DNA of 64,000 nucleotides from the NCBI GenBank assembly GCA_951406725.2, contig OX597829.1, forward strand, positions 14,508,001 to 14,572,000. Direction: 5' to 3'. The notes beneath the pieces are model-generated. The model saw nothing but the letters and a program-made list of their open reading frames with translations. It searched no databases and was not told the DNA's origin. The DNA comes from Octopus vulgaris. Its lineage: Eukaryota. A program made the translations under genes and the position numbers. How positions within the stretch are numbered: position 1 is the stretch's first letter; each line of letters begins with the position of its first letter. This document shows positions 40,052 to 54,304 of the stretch, one piece after another.

Positions 40052-40105
40052 ATGGAGAAATTTGGAACCTGGGTTCTCATTCCTAAGTTATTTTTCGATG
40101 TTATC

Positions 40106-40162
<57 letters not shown>

Positions 40163-40209
40163 TCGAAAGATACCTTAAGAATGAGAACTCATGTTCGAAA
40201 TTTCCCCAA

Positions 40210-40255
40210 GAGACCTGAAGAAGGCTGGAGTGTATATCAGCCGAAACGTTGTGTT
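40210..40255 (+). ncRNA. Minimal type I hammerhead (one stem I mismatch)
   Basis: GAGAC-CTGAAGA-A-GGCTG(GAGTGTATAT)CAGCC-GAA-ACGT-T-GTGTT. Confidence 0.78.
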
Positions 40256-40374
40256 AACAATAAACAAGATGAGGACAAATATCTTCAAGTGTAAATAATG
40301 TAAATAATGGATATATATAGGGATGTACTTGCATAGCAAGTGATTTGATCTGAGATCGTGTGCTGAAACGAAAA

Positions 40375-40570
40375 CAATTGCAGCGTGGAAGGTGTTTGTA
40401 AGCCATTTAAGAAACACACAAAAGCCGTTCGATTCACCAGTTTTTGTCGGTGAACAGGTCGTGGTCTTAAAACGACGAAAATATTTTGACAAATTAAACT
40501 TAAATGTTGATGTGAATCGAACGGCTTTTCTGTGTTTCTTAATTGGCTTATAAACACCTTCCACGCTGCA

Positions 40571-40574
<4 letters not shown>
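40375..40574. repeat. 63-bp inverted repeats (40375-40437 / 40512-40574) enclosing a hammerhead
   Basis: CAATTGCAGCGTGGAAGGTGTTT...AAAAGCCGTTCGATTCAC and its reverse complement; adjacent 40320-40380 is homologous (inverted) to 3055-3115. Confidence 0.9.
40443..40493 (+). ncRNA. Minimal type I hammerhead with G3-C8 core swap
   Basis: TTTGTCG-GTGAACA-G-GTCGT(GGTCTTAAA)ACGAC-GAA-AATATT-T-TGACAAA. Confidence 0.75.
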
Positions 40575-40621
<47 letters not shown>

Positions 40622-40841
40622 TAGAGAAAAACCACTGTTATGTAATTCAACCAATGATAGACGTAAATCACACCGTATGGAAAAAATAAAATATATGATA
40701 AAACATTTATCTAGATCACAATAAGGTACATAATAAACAAACAGTATATAATTAGTAAATAGACTACGTACGTTTCGTGGCTATATCTTCAATTTGAATT
40801 ACAATTTGAATAATATATATATATGCATATATGTACATACA

Positions 40842-40901
<60 letters not shown>

Positions 40902-40929
40902 ACATACATGTGTGTGTGTGTTTACACAT

Positions 40930-41155
40930 ACGTTTGTTTCCCAATCATGTGGTCTTGGGTTCAGTGTCACTGGGTAGCACCTTGGGCAAGTGTCTTCCCC
41001 ACAATTTCCTTCTACTAAAACCACACACAAGACTTTGGACGGCCAAGGTTATATAGTAGAAGACACTTGCCCAAGTTTCTTCGCTTTGGGATTAAACTCA
41101 AGCCCATATGATTGGCATGGAAACTTCTTAAACTTACAGCCACGCCTACCTCTGC
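40930..41155. mobile_element. Two family B SINE 5' halves in opposite orientation
   Basis: GCACCTTGGGCAAGTGTCTTC on + at 40977 and GAAGACACTTGCCCAAG at 41058. Confidence 0.7.
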
Positions 41156-42352
41156 GTAATTGTTGGCTAATGTAAAAATGCATTTTACTGAAAAGTAAAC
41201 TTTTATCTCTTCGAGCAACACTGTATATGCTTCTAAGAATTCCATCCAACCTTTTCGCCCATTATTCCTGAGATAGTCCTGTGAGTAGAACCCGCAGGCA
41301 TTTCATAAATAGGCTTCTGTCAGAAGCAACCGCCATTAGATTTTCAGGCTGGAGTTCATTGAGTAGCAAACTGATATTTTTATTATTATCAAATCATCTC
41401 GTCCACATCTCGTTATTGGTTAAACCTCTTGGTCTACTGAAGAATCTATCATGCGATTCCCTCCTTTGATATTCTAATCCAACGTGACGGAACTATGACT
41501 CTCAATACGCGAGAGCAGCGGCTCAACTTGGACAGTCTCTCTGATCTCCTAGCTATGCACCCTGTCGAGTAGCCTTACTTCAGAGATCCTCTGTTGAACC
41601 CTCATTTCGGCCACTAGTATTCGTAACCGTACACTTTCAGTCATTAGCCAACATTAATGACTATTAGTGAAGTTATTGATTTTAATGAATTGGCTATTTT
41701 TTTTACCAACGGTTCCTTCGTCATGATCTGGTGCATAACTGTACCAACACCTGCAAATTCCTCCTGCCCCCATTATTCTCGAATACAGCCTCGAGATAAA
41801 CTTTTCCACTTACTTCTGAAATGTTCCACAAACATGCAGAGTGCACTAGGAAGACTTTCTTGTAAGAACTAACAAAATAAATTGTTCTGAGACCAGAAAT
41901 TAGCTGGAACAACGAAATCGCGAATTTTCTGTAAAACCATATTATAAACTCGTTCTTTCGTTCCCTCTCTCTCCCTCTCTCTCTCTCTCTCACTCACTCC
42001 CTAGGTTTTCCATAGTTTCTTAACAACCTTCATTTCGAATTCAATAGAATTATTTCTTGGCACAGAAATGGAGAGTTATGACCTGAGAGAACAGCATTAA
42101 TTGTATGAACGTATCTTCGACTATGAGGTTAGGATATAAGAACAAAATAAAGAAAAGAAAGCTATTAGATTTTATGGAAGAAATAAGAATAGAAGAGCAC
42201 AGACTTTGCAATGAATAAAGAAATAAAAGTGCGAAGATATTTTAAAAGGTTAGGATGGGAATAAAAGAAAAAGTGAATGAGATTCCCAAGAAGTTCCGGT
42301 TTTAGTGTTATTAAGCGAGTTTAGGAACAACAATAGTCCCACATACACCCTC

Positions 42353-42432
<80 letters not shown>

Positions 42433-42733
42433 CATGCATGCATATATATATATATACACACATTTATACATATACTTATATATGTATGTATTCATACATA
42501 CATGCATACATACATACATGCATACATACATACAAACATATATACATACATACATACATACATACATACATACATACATACATACATACATACATACATA
42601 CATACATAGATACATACATATATATCTCGGATATGGTAAAATTTGTGTTGATTTGTGTGGGAAAAAGTGGAGTGAATACCGAGTGGCGAATCCACTTATG
42701 TATCGAAATCTGATGTCCCAAGCATATATCTAT

Positions 42734-42793
<60 letters not shown>

Positions 42794-43367
42794 AGAGAGA
42801 GGTTGACAGGTAGGCCTATAGATAGGTTCATAAATGCATACTTAAATACACACAGAAGCTCACCGTATAACTTTATGGTTCCAGGTTCAGTCACACACCG
42901 CAGTTAATTTGGACAAGGTATCTTTTACTATAGCTCGGAGTCAACTAAGCCATATGAATGAATTTTGCTGTCGGAAACGGCGAGGAAGCCTGTCGTGTAT
43001 ATGTGTGTGTGTGAGTAATGTCTTTGTGCTTACTCCACCAACTTACTGTTTCACAATCGGTCTTAGTTTGTTTAATTCCCCCAAAATCAGCGATTTATTA
43101 TAGATAGGTAGATAGACTAATCAACTGACCCTTAAATAAGATGCATATACGTTGATAGGTAGGAAAAGAGATTGAAAAAAGACAGAGATAAAGACAAAGA
43201 TAAATTAATTGATAGGTAGATAGGTAGATAGTTATATAGACAGAGAGCCACCAGAAAAAAAATGGACACATAAAATTTGACACATAAAAACATAGGTGCT
43301 TAGATAAATAGATAGATAGAAACATATATACATGCATATATGCGCAGATAGATCGACAGATAAGATA

Positions 43368-43368
43368 A

Positions 43369-43458
<90 letters not shown>
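43368..43458. repeat. (ATAG)n microsatellite
   Basis: Direct inspection. Confidence 0.97.
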
Positions 43459-43460
<2 letters not shown>

Positions 43461-44006
43461 GTCACTTCGGTCACCATAGTACAAGAAAAGCACAAATATA
43501 TCACAACCAGGACTGTTAATTCTAAGACAGATAGATTGAATGATAGACAAACAGAAGGAGAGATCGATACATAGATAGTTAGACAAACAAACAGGCAGAC
43601 AGACAAATACATAGATTGATCGACCGATAGAGATATAGATAGACAGATCAGTCACCTCTGAAACAGCAGAGCTAATCCCAAGTTATTATTGACGTTTCTT
43701 AAACTAAAACATTAGTTCTTATGTCAAACATCATTTTGGCAGAAACAAAACAAATAATAATAATAAAAGATCAATAAATAATCATTTGTAGGTATTGATT
43801 CGTAGGTATTGTGTCAATACCGAACAAATGTGTGGTTACGATCGTATTGTATCATCTGCCTCAACAGTCAATAAGACGATACATACGTGTGTAGCTACAC
43901 ACACACACACACACACACGCACACATACATACAAACACACATACACACATATATATATATGTATATATACACGAACACACCCCCAAACACACACTCGAAT
44001 ACAAGC

Positions 44007-44055
<49 letters not shown>

Positions 44056-44469
44056 TGTATTTGTGTGTGTGTTTGTCCACCCACCATCGCTTGACAACTG
44101 ACGTTGGCGTGTTTACATCCCTGCAACTTAACGGTTTGGCAAAAGAGTAAGATAGAATACGTACTAGGCTTACAAAGTACTGGGGTCGGTTTGTTCGACT
44201 AAAGGCGGTGCTCCAGCATGGCCGCAGTCAAATTACAATATATATATATGTATATCGACATGAAACTTTGGTATGAACATGAAACTTCAACAATTCATGT
44301 CTGTAATGCAAGCCATATGCTACAAAAGTGTCCCGGAGAGAAAAGCCACTGTGCACAAGCACAAAAACTTCAGGGAGAGGAAAGTTCTTATGAGATGCTG
44401 TACAAAGATTTCAAATCGCCTAAACAAAATAAATTGAAAGCAGTGAAAAATCTCGTCTGAAAATATAAC

Positions 44470-45799
44470 TGCTGGAGATTGAAAAAAGTCTGAAAAAGAA
44501 AGAGCAAAGAAGCCTGGGTTATTATAGACAATATAAAATCTAACCCCAAGGCCTTTTAGAAGTTTGCCAGGGAAACAGCCTCGGCGCACTGCAGGATAGG
44601 GCCACTCCTCGAAAAAGATGGTTCACTCACAGGAAACCCAATGAGGATAAATGAAATACTAAATGAGCAATTCAAAAGTATTTCGACCTACACCGCAAGG
44701 ACACTTGCAAGTCAGCAATCAAGCTGACCTTTCCGCCCTTGCAGATACAAAAACTGAGGCAGTTATGATTGATTACATCAGTATGAAAGAAGACGATATA
44801 ATATGGGTTATAGAAGAGATGAACCCGAACTCAGCTACTGACCCTGATGAATTCCCAGCAATCCTTCTAAAATCATGTAAGCGAGTCCTAGCAAGCCCAC
44901 TGCAGTCTCTCTTCCAGAGCAGCTGAAGGAAGGTAAAATACGTTCCATTCATAAAAGAGGTAGCAGAACAGAAGCCCAAACTACAGACCTATCTCTCTGA
45001 CCTTGCACATCAACACAGTCATGGAACGAATAGTTAGAAGAAAATTAATCATCTTCCTTGCTGGCTGACATCCAACATGGATTCCGACCAGGAAGAAGCT
45101 GCCTAACTCAGCTCTTACAACATTATGAGTGGGTATTGAAACCTCTCAAATGTGGATGCGATATATCTCGACTTTGCAATGGCTTTCGACAAAGTTGATC
45201 ATGGAATGATATGTCACAAAGTGCGTGATCTCGACATAGCCGGGAAATTGTGAGAATGGCTGCATGACTTTCGGAAAGATAGAAGTCAAGCAGTAGTTAC
45301 CAATGGGGCCACCTCCAATGACACGCGAATAGTGAGCGGTGTTCCGCAAGGCACTGTTTTGGGACCACCACTGTTTATAATGGCCCTCTTAGATATGCCC
45401 TCAGCCACACAGAGAGCCACAATCACAATTTATGCAGATAATACAAAAGACTCACTGGTGACACAGAACCCCGAAGACGATTTGCACCTGCAACATGAGT
45501 TAGATGAAACATACCTGTGGGCTAAGAATAATAATATGCAGTTTAATGTTAAAAAGTTTTTAAGCCCAATGCTATCAGCATACAAAACTAAGTGCAATAC
45601 CAATTAAATTCACTAGACTTGGAGGAATTACTATCCCAGAAACACAATCAATGCGAGACCTAGGTATTTACATGAGTAATGATGCATCCTTCCATGTGCA
45701 TGTTGCTAAGATGGCAATGAAATGCAGACGGCTGACCGAATGGATTCTTAGAACTTTTAAATCGAGAAATCAGGAAACCATTATGGTTATCTGGAGGAC

Positions 45800-45803
<4 letters not shown>
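44470..45803 (+). pseudogene. CR1-group LINE reverse transcriptase, frameshifted
   Basis: NIKSNPKAF, SATDPDEFPAILLK, YRPISL, QHGFRPGRSCLTQLL, VDAIYLDFAMAFDKVDHG, SGVPQGTVLGP, YADNTK, WAKNNNMQFNVKK, RDLGI. Confidence 0.93.
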
Positions 45804-45842
<39 letters not shown>

Positions 45843-46426
45843 CATATATAGGTATGAATGTGTGTAATATACATAGAAACTACAAATATAGCATGTAGAT
45901 GCATACATATATATGTATATACATAAATTCCTTCATCTCATACATATATATATATATATATATATATCTATGCATATAGACAAATATATCCCGCGCGTAC
46001 TAAAAAACACGTATGCTTTATCTTTGTTATCTTTAACTAGTTTCAGTTATTAGATTGCGGGCAAGCTGGAGCACAGCTTGGAAGGGTTTAGTTGAGCAAA
46101 TCGATCCATGTGCTTATATTTTTATCCTTCAAAATTGTGGGGCTTATCCTTTCATTTCTTTTTACTGAACCAGTAATTTACAGTCACGTAAACAAACCAA
46201 CACTGGTTACAAAGCGGTTGTAGGGGACAAACGCAAAGAAACAAACATGCGCATGTGCGCGCAAACACACACGCACATATAGAGAGATATACATATACAC
46301 GCGCACTTATATTATTTATATTGTACTGAGAAGTGAGGTTAAAATAAAAATTAGAACCCTAGGATAGCTGCAGCCGCTGCCTGTAAGATTAATAAGCATG
46401 AAAAATAGTATACAGGAATTGCGTGT

Positions 46427-46517
46427 AAAATTTACGACAGCTGTTTCGGTTGAACTTTATTTGACGTAGTGGCAAAACATTATATCATATGTAATTCGCC
46501 ATCACCAGATAAAATTT
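46427..46517 (-). ncRNA. Decayed type I hammerhead in an inverted PLE pseudo-LTR
   Basis: AAATTTTAT-CTGGTGA-...CC-GAA-ACAGCTGT-C-GTAAATTTT; A6 is G and stem II region is expanded. Homologous + strand relic at about 50300-50390. Confidence 0.55.
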
Positions 46518-47204
46518 CAAACAGGTAAGAATTTAAATGTCAATCTGGACATAATCAACATGTGTTGGACTAGTGTTGCTTTCAAGTTCTGCATTTGAAT
46601 TTATTGAAGAATTAGGTATGGTCTTTAGCAGGCAATTAACAATCAAGGATAGGAAATATACAATGGGATAATCTAAATTTAATTCATGGTTCAACATAGA
46701 CGCCGAAATAATCTGAGGCTCTATAGACAGAGTGGTGCCAAAGAGTGTAATTAAAAAGTCATGAAATACGTAGCAGAATTACCACTAGTTAAAGGGGACA
46801 AGCAAAAGGATTTCACCAACCACCAACATCAAACATTGATCGGCTTTCACCCTCTTATAGCCATATGCATACAAGTAATGTAGTTGTAGTAGTAGTAGTA
46901 GTAGTAGTAATAATAATATGAACAATGATAATATCAATAACAGTATTAATAACGACACTAAAAGTTGTAAAATTAATGCTTGTGAAACTGTAGCATCTGT
47001 GCTGAATATAAATGAAAGTAATGATTGTTGTATTAATATTAGTAATATTGATTACATTAATGTTATTAATAGTAACGGTAATGACAGTAGCAGCAATAAT
47101 GTTAATAATAACGGTATCAATACTAATGGTATAAATAAAGCCATGAATAATGCCCGTAATTTTACTTTCCAAAACCCTACAATAAACTCCGAGATCGGCG
47201 GAAT

Positions 47205-48370
47205 TTACGCAGTAATGACATAACGTGTTATAATCCGCCGTAGTCCGATAATATCCAACACGCTAAAAAATATTTTGGTGTTTTGAGAAAGAATTTCCCT
47301 ACATCTAGTAAAAGTTATCGTATCTTTAATAAACGTAAAAATGAAAAATTCCAGTTCGATCTTACTTAATTTAGGGGATAATATAACGAGTATTAATAAA
47401 AGTAATATTAGCAAAAACTGGTACCATAAGATTAATAATTGTGATAATAACAATTACAACAGTAATAGCGACAATCGGTACAGTTAGATCACTTGCAATC
47501 GCTGTGGTAAAAACGTCCGTCAGTCAGCTGCTACAATCTGTCACATAAGTACACTAAATTGTGCCAGCCGTCATAGTAGCAGCAACAGTTGTAGTGCTAT
47601 TAACATTAACGTGAATAATGGTAGGTCCCACGCCAATAGTGCCTGCTGCGATTTTAATGTAAATACCAATTGTATTAATAATAACATAAATGATGTGAAA
47701 GTACAAATTGCTGATATCAGCAATATTAACAATCCGTGTAACTGTATTAATAATTATTCCAGGAGTAAAAGTACTAACCGAAGTGATAATAACCTCGACG
47801 ACCGTAGTTTGATCTTGGATAATGGAAGTGGATCTAATGAGTTCAACATTAACTATAGTTCTCCTAGGATTGCATGCACACAGCGAATTAATATAAATAT
47901 TCCTACTTCTGATTCTTATTACGTTAATGTCTATCCACATACAGAGTTATGTAATTGTAGATATAAACTTATATGCCCACTTAATATTTTATGCTTCGTT
48001 AAAAATATTGTTTATGGATGTGATACCCGAACTATCATAACTATATTTACTTATATTGTCTCATCTGAAAATGTATTTAAAAAGAGATTTTATATCTATA
48101 TTCATACATTTAAGAGACGGGACAAAGCTAAAATTTGTTAAAAAATTGGGAAATTGAAGGGTAAAAATGTTGAGTTCCATATTATCTGGAACACAGTCAA
48201 GCACGCTTTGCCCTATACATATGATAGGTATGGGTGTAGAGTTTGCTGCACTGAATTATTGAAAATCTTAAAGTGTTCCTGTAAAGTTGTCAACAAATCT
48301 AATGAACCTAGGGTAAAATGCTCATACAATATCAAATACACTTTTTTATACTTGAAACCTGAATATTCAT
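47205..48370 (+). pseudogene. Penelope-like element (Nematis-type motifs): thumb/linker plus GIY-YIG with Asn-rich expansion
   Basis: ITCYNPP*S...NFP...YRIFNKR; then CNCRYKLICPL..CFVKNIVY...FKKRF...LKGKNVEFHIIW...PY...CRVC..E...VN...E...KC. Confidence 0.8.
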
Positions 48371-49790
48371 AATTTCCTGCTATCTCCGCCTAGTAAAGAA
48401 TGCAAACTATCATGACTCACTAGTATGAATTTATGTTATTGGACATACCTCACGTTAGTTGCAGCAGTCATATCTTCCATGCTAGCTTAGGGCATGTTGG
48501 AAGACGGTATTAGTTTTGGGGTTTTCTTCTCCATGTTTGATTACTTTTGTTGCAGTTTAGCTCAGTCTACCCTTACAAAAATTAATTTAACCCATAAGTG
48601 GTACCCTGGGGTATTACAGTTCCAGGTTAGAACGAACCTGGGAATAATGGTGATTAAAGAATAACTCCACTCTTTACACAATTCCAGAACTCCCTAACTG
48701 GAAGTCTCACCACTGGGTACAATTTAATGTCTTACCCAGGAAAGTTATAACTACTTTTATCATACTCTTTCCTCCAGACATCTATTTTCACCTATATTTT
48801 GCAATTTAGATTGATAGCCTTTTCACATTACTGTACCATTTGAATATTATTAAGTACTTTGAGTAATATATAATTTTACTTATATATCAGTATTTGCTTA
48901 GCGTTAAATCATCTACCATTTACCTTTTCTCAGTTCATTAGTAACCATGGGACGTTATACCGTTCATTCTTCCTAGTTATATATCCTTTAAATGCAACGT
49001 TTTTCGGCACCGCGTGTGGTGCTTTAAACCACCAGAGAAATATTTGATCTCCAGTGTATGACTTCTCATTTCCTGTCGCTCTTTGTGTGTGTGTATATAT
49101 ATATATATACAGAATGTATTTGTACTTGTGTGTATTGTCTGTATCTACCTTTATGTGCGTGTGTATGTATGTTTTATGTGGGTGTATTTCTCTCTCTATA
49201 CATTATGAGTGCATCTACATGAATGTAAGAATGTACGCGCATGTCAATGTATGTCTATGCATGCGTATATATGTATGTGTATGTACATATATGTGTAAGT
49301 ATTTGCTTGTGAGTGCGTATCTGTACATATATACATGCATATGTTCATGCTTGTATGTATCTATGTGTATATATTTATATCTATGTGCGTGTATATTGTG
49401 CGTACATTTGGGAATGAAGTGGGTGGTGGAAAGTCCATGGATGATGTTGGCTGTTGATGAAATCCTTTTGCTTGTGTCCTTTAATTGATGGTATATCTGC
49501 TACATATTTGATGACATTTTAATTACACTCCTTGGCATCATTCTGTCTAGAGAAACTTCGGATAATTTTGGTGTCTAAATTGAACCAATAATTAAATTAG
49601 AAGAGAAATTAATTTACATTTACCCATCGTATATTTCTATGATTTCCCATCATTGTTTGTAAAATACTTGCTTTAAACCAGAACTTCTAAATCTATAAAT
49701 TCGAATGAAGAACCTAAATGCAATATTAGCCCAACAAATGTTGGCTATATTCAAGTCGGCTGTTTAAAATCTTACCGGTATAAAATTTTA

Positions 49791-50260
49791 GCGGCGAAAT
49801 GGCAGAAACGTTAGCACGCCGGGCGAAATGCGTAGCGGTATTTCGTCTGCATAGGTACATGGGTCAGTTTGTTCGTATAATTTTTTTTCGGAGCCTGGTG
49901 CTTATTCTGTCTATCTCTTTTGTTGAACAGCTAAGTCAAAAGGACATAAACACACCAACACCGGTTATCAATTACTGGTGCTATATAAACACATAGGGAC
50001 ACGCACACACGTATAGACACACACGCACATACACCCATATACATCAAGCTTCTTTCAGTTTCTCCCGTCTAGCAAATCCATTTACAAGGCTTTGGTCGGC
50101 CCGAGGCTATAGTTCAAATTCCGCCGAGGTCAACTTTGGTTTTCATCCTTTCGGTGTCGATAAATTTAGTACCAGTTACGCACTGGGGTAGATGTAATCG
50201 ACTTAATCCGTTTGTCTATCCTTGTTTGTCCTTTCTTGTGGGTAGTAAAGAAATAGGTAT
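49791..50260 (+). mobile_element. Family C SINE with target-site duplication, containing an inverted family B SINE piece (about 49855-50112)
   Basis: GGTATAAAATTTTAGCGG at 49777-49794 and 50256-50273; family C head, reverse family B, then family C body. Confidence 0.85.
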
Positions 50261-50595
50261 AAAATTTTAGCGGTATAAAATTGTATTGACATAAAATCTT
50301 ACTTGATGGCGGATTATGCATCATGACGTAATCTTTTAACAACCTAAACAGCTGTCATAAATGTAAATTATCTTCGTGTTGACTATTTTATATCTATGTC
50401 ACACTAAGGATCCACCAGTGAGTGGAACTTATGGTTTAAAATTGAAGTTGGTACTTGCATACCTACAACATCCCGGCAGCACTTGAAGCATACGATGTTT
50501 TGATTTCCCTGTGGAATCAGTGTTTGTATCTCACCTTTTTGTGGTAGTTTACATAGTTGATGTGCTTTGATTTCTAAGGAATCCTTATAAATAAA

Positions 50596-50635
<40 letters not shown>

Positions 50636-50999
50636 CAGCTGAATTGACAAGCAACGTGAAATGTGTTTTGCTCAAGAATAGATCGGCCACACATTTGCTA
50701 GTCAAGGAATCGAAATCACGATTTTGAAATCATGATTTACAACACAATAACAACCAGAACAAGCCCCGTCATTATATATGATTTACAGAGGGCTATTTTA
50801 ATCTAATACTCTTTCTGTTGCATATAGCGAATATCTATCGTTATTTTCGTTGTTGTTAACACCGTTACTATTGTTGTTCGTTCCTACCCTACTCTACATC
50901 AATGAATGAAGCTATTACTTATTCGTTTTCATTCTCATTCACTCTCACCAAATGGCATTATATTTATCCTGCATCTATTGATTTGTTTTATCGCTTTTT

Positions 51000-52130
51000 C
51001 GATGCATTTTTTATGAACCTGTTGCTGTTTTTGTTACCATCTTTAAATATTTTAAGAAGGTTTCTCTTACTTGAATATCTGCCAACGTATTTTCAGTGTG
51101 TCTGAAAATATACGCAGACATCTCAGAAGTAAATAGACACCTCTCATTATGCAGTTTCGTCTGTGCAGACACTGCCCGGTGGTTCAGAGCATCCTTATAT
51201 AAGCTCTTTTTGCACAAGATACAGTTAACTCTTTTCTTAATTATGATTAGACCCATTATATTTTTGGAAACCCAACCATATCTTCAGCAGATATTTCAGT
51301 GTCACGAGCATTTCATTTCAAATAGGGAGTTGTTGACTGAGATGTATCCAACCTGGTAACCCTTATAAAACTTTGTCTAGATATCGTTTGAAGAGGATGA
51401 AATCTTCTTCTTTGATTTGTTAGTTAGAGTAGGTCCTGTTGAGGAAAAGCAAATGTGTCGTATAGCATCTATGTGTTGTCAGATTGATTGTATAAGGGGG
51501 TGTATTGCACGAGTACCCAGTCGTTTGGGCAATGCTGGTGTTATTTTCTCCACATTATGTAGCGCTCACGGTAGCGTTAGAGAGAACAAAATTTCAATGT
51601 TACATATATCCTTAGAAAATTGCGTGACATTCTAACTTAATCTTGTCGGGTGACTTGCCCAGACTAATGCAACTCTTCCACGCCAGATGTCCTGATCAAA
51701 CGATAAAGCATGAATGTCTTTCTTAAGTTTTAATCACATTGGTCTTTTCCTGACTGAAATATCTCATCTGTGCACACCACAACTTCAGATGATATCAGTA
51801 TTTCACTTACTGAACTGGTTGATCTTGGCCGTCGACAGTTTGTTGTCGGTTCATCCGATCAGCATCTAATGATATTTACCATTGATTCAAGAAATTTTAT
51901 TTGTCAAAATAGTTCATTACCACGGTGCTGCATTACATAATTTCAACCAATCTTAGCTCGAGTACTTACGTGCTATTTAACCTATAGCTGGAGCCCTTTC
52001 AGGTGATACTACTCCGAGTCAGATAAGACCTAAGAACAATAGTGGCTAAGGGGTCATTCAATACTTATCAAAACCCAGAACTGCAGAATCAGGAGCCCAT
52101 TATAGGATTCAGCATAAAGGCATACCCGGA
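51000..52130 (-). pseudogene. Highly decayed RTE-like LINE relic
   Basis: Weak RT/C-terminal resemblance (CPNDWVLVQYT...QHIDAI; HRAVSAQTKL). 52000-52130 is a repeat also seen at 48605-48745. Confidence 0.4.
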
Positions 52131-52801
52131 ACAACGATTATATTGGTGTATAAGTGTGTCACCAAACTTTGCCATTTAACAACTTCTTTTAAGTTGGTCA
52201 GACACCGTACCTTTTGTTTTAATGGCTATTTGTATTCGTTTTTTTTCTTTTATGTCTGCTTTTTCCATGCCAACATGAGTCACATAGATACATATAATTG
52301 AAACATTGCTTTTTGAAGTAAGGAAGTCTCAGACAGTAAAGCGCAGATCTAACGGATAAATTGTCGACTAGGGATAACTACGAACTCACCATTTACAACT
52401 TCTCACCTTTACATGTAAACGTTCACGCACACATGTATTTACCAGATCAAGCTACAACGTATTATTCAAAGTTATGCTACAATAAAAAAACAAACACTTA
52501 CTCCAGATATCATACACTAGGAGTGAACGCAAAACTGTGGGCGTGAGGAGCAAACTACTTTAACACGTAAAACTTGGCAGATTTTAAAATTAAAAAACAA
52601 ACGAATGGATTAACTAGAAATGAATTCGCTTCCTGGCGATTCTCAGCATTCTTGGTAGCTTGCTTGGTAGGGTGTCACTAAAGTGTTAGAAAACCACATA
52701 TAGAAAGAAAATCTCCAAATTATATGCCTCCAAGTTCTCTGCCCACTACTCTTCTGAGGCACCTCCTCTATAAGGTCCTATCAGAACTAACTCACATTAC
52801 A

Positions 52802-53225
52802 GGCGGCGAGCGGGCAGAACTGTTAGCACGCCGGGTGAAATGCTTAGCGGTATTTCGTCTGCCGTTACTTTCTGAGTTCAAATTCCGCCGAGGTCAACAT
52901 TACCTTTCATCCTTTCGGGATCGATTAAATAAGTACCAGTTACGCACTGAGGTCGATGTAATCGACTTAATCCGTTTGTCTGTCCTTGTTTGTCCCCTCT
53001 GTGTTTAGCCCCTTGTGGGTAGTAAAGAAATAGGTATTTCGTCTGTTGCTACGTTCTGAGTTCAAACTCCGCCGAGGTCAACATTGTCTTTCATACTTTC
53101 TGGGTCGATTAAATTTAATACCAGTTATGCGCTGGGGTCGATATAATGGACTTAATCCGTTTGTCTGTCCTTGTTTGTCCCCTCTTTGTCTGGCCCCTTG
53201 TAGGCAGTAAAAAATAAGAAATAAG
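52802..53225 (+). mobile_element. Family C SINE, head plus tandem second body
   Basis: GGCGGCGAGCGGGCAGAA head; junction AAAGAAATAGGTATTTCGTCTG at 53024-53045. Confidence 0.9.
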
Positions 53226-53945
53226 AAGTAATTGACATTATAATTTCCGGTTGGATTCCCAAGCATGATCACCTGAGACTATAGATATTATCCGACCATA
53301 TCATGCTTGGTCTACCCCTAGGTGTTCCGCCAGTTGGCTCTGCCTGCCTGTCTGTCTGTCTGTTTGTCTGTCTATCTGCCTGTTTCCATCTTCTTTCCCC
53401 AATATTCCTGGGAGGAGGGTGGAGTGGAGTCCTAGGAATTTCCGATGTGATCTCTTGTAGTGTCTCGGTTTAGAGAGTCTCCCTGATCTCTGTAGTGAGC
53501 ACCCTGTCGAATAATGTTACTCCAGAAATCCTTCACAGGAACCCCATTTCGGTCACTTGTGTATACGTATATATATTTGTGTGTATGTATATATATAAAT
53601 ATTTGTGTGTGTGCGCCTTAACAAGCAGTAGTGGTTTTTTTACGTCCATATGAATTAGCGGCCCGACAAAAGAGCCCGGTAGAATAAGGTCCAGATTTGA
53701 TATATAAGTACTGGAATCGATTTGTTCGACTAAGCCCTTCAATACCTTGCTCTAGCATGGTTGTAGTCCAAAGTCTAAATCAAATACGTACCCGACACAC
53801 ACATGTGTGTGTGTGTGTGTGTGTGTGTGAATATACCCAATCAGACACTGTACGCTGTACAAGCTTGTCCGATCGTAGTGCTTTCAGAGGTATGAAACTA
53901 ATACTAGCTCGCACCTGAATCGTGTGTATTTTAAAATATACCCCA

Positions 53946-54044
<99 letters not shown>

Positions 54045-54273
54045 CACACACACACACACCCTTTCTTTTATTGTATCCCTAGTTACAGCCCTGCATATGT
54101 TCCGAACTTCTGAATTTAAATCCCCCGAGAATCATCTTTGCTTTTCATCGCTACCAGATCGATAAAGGACGAAGCACTCCCAGGATCAATTCACATCTAT
54201 ACAATCTATTAAATATAAATATATATCGATTACCTCAACTGATCTCTGCTTTGACAACTGCGATCAATTACAC

Positions 54274-54304
<31 letters not shown>

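Larger units (their letters stand above)
39935..40312. repeat. Head-to-head inverted pair of PLE-type pseudo-LTR fragments around (AAT)n
   Basis: Arms about 39935-40105 and 40161-40312 are reverse complements; each carries a hammerhead. Confidence 0.88.

Noticed and set aside
41200-41900. Possible host exon or LINE endonuclease
   Set aside because: Stops occur in all frames and only a weak GVG-like motif is present; not assignable.
44843-44860. CTGATGA hammerhead core
   Set aside because: It lies in LINE coding sequence (DPDEFP) with no GAAA or pairing stems.
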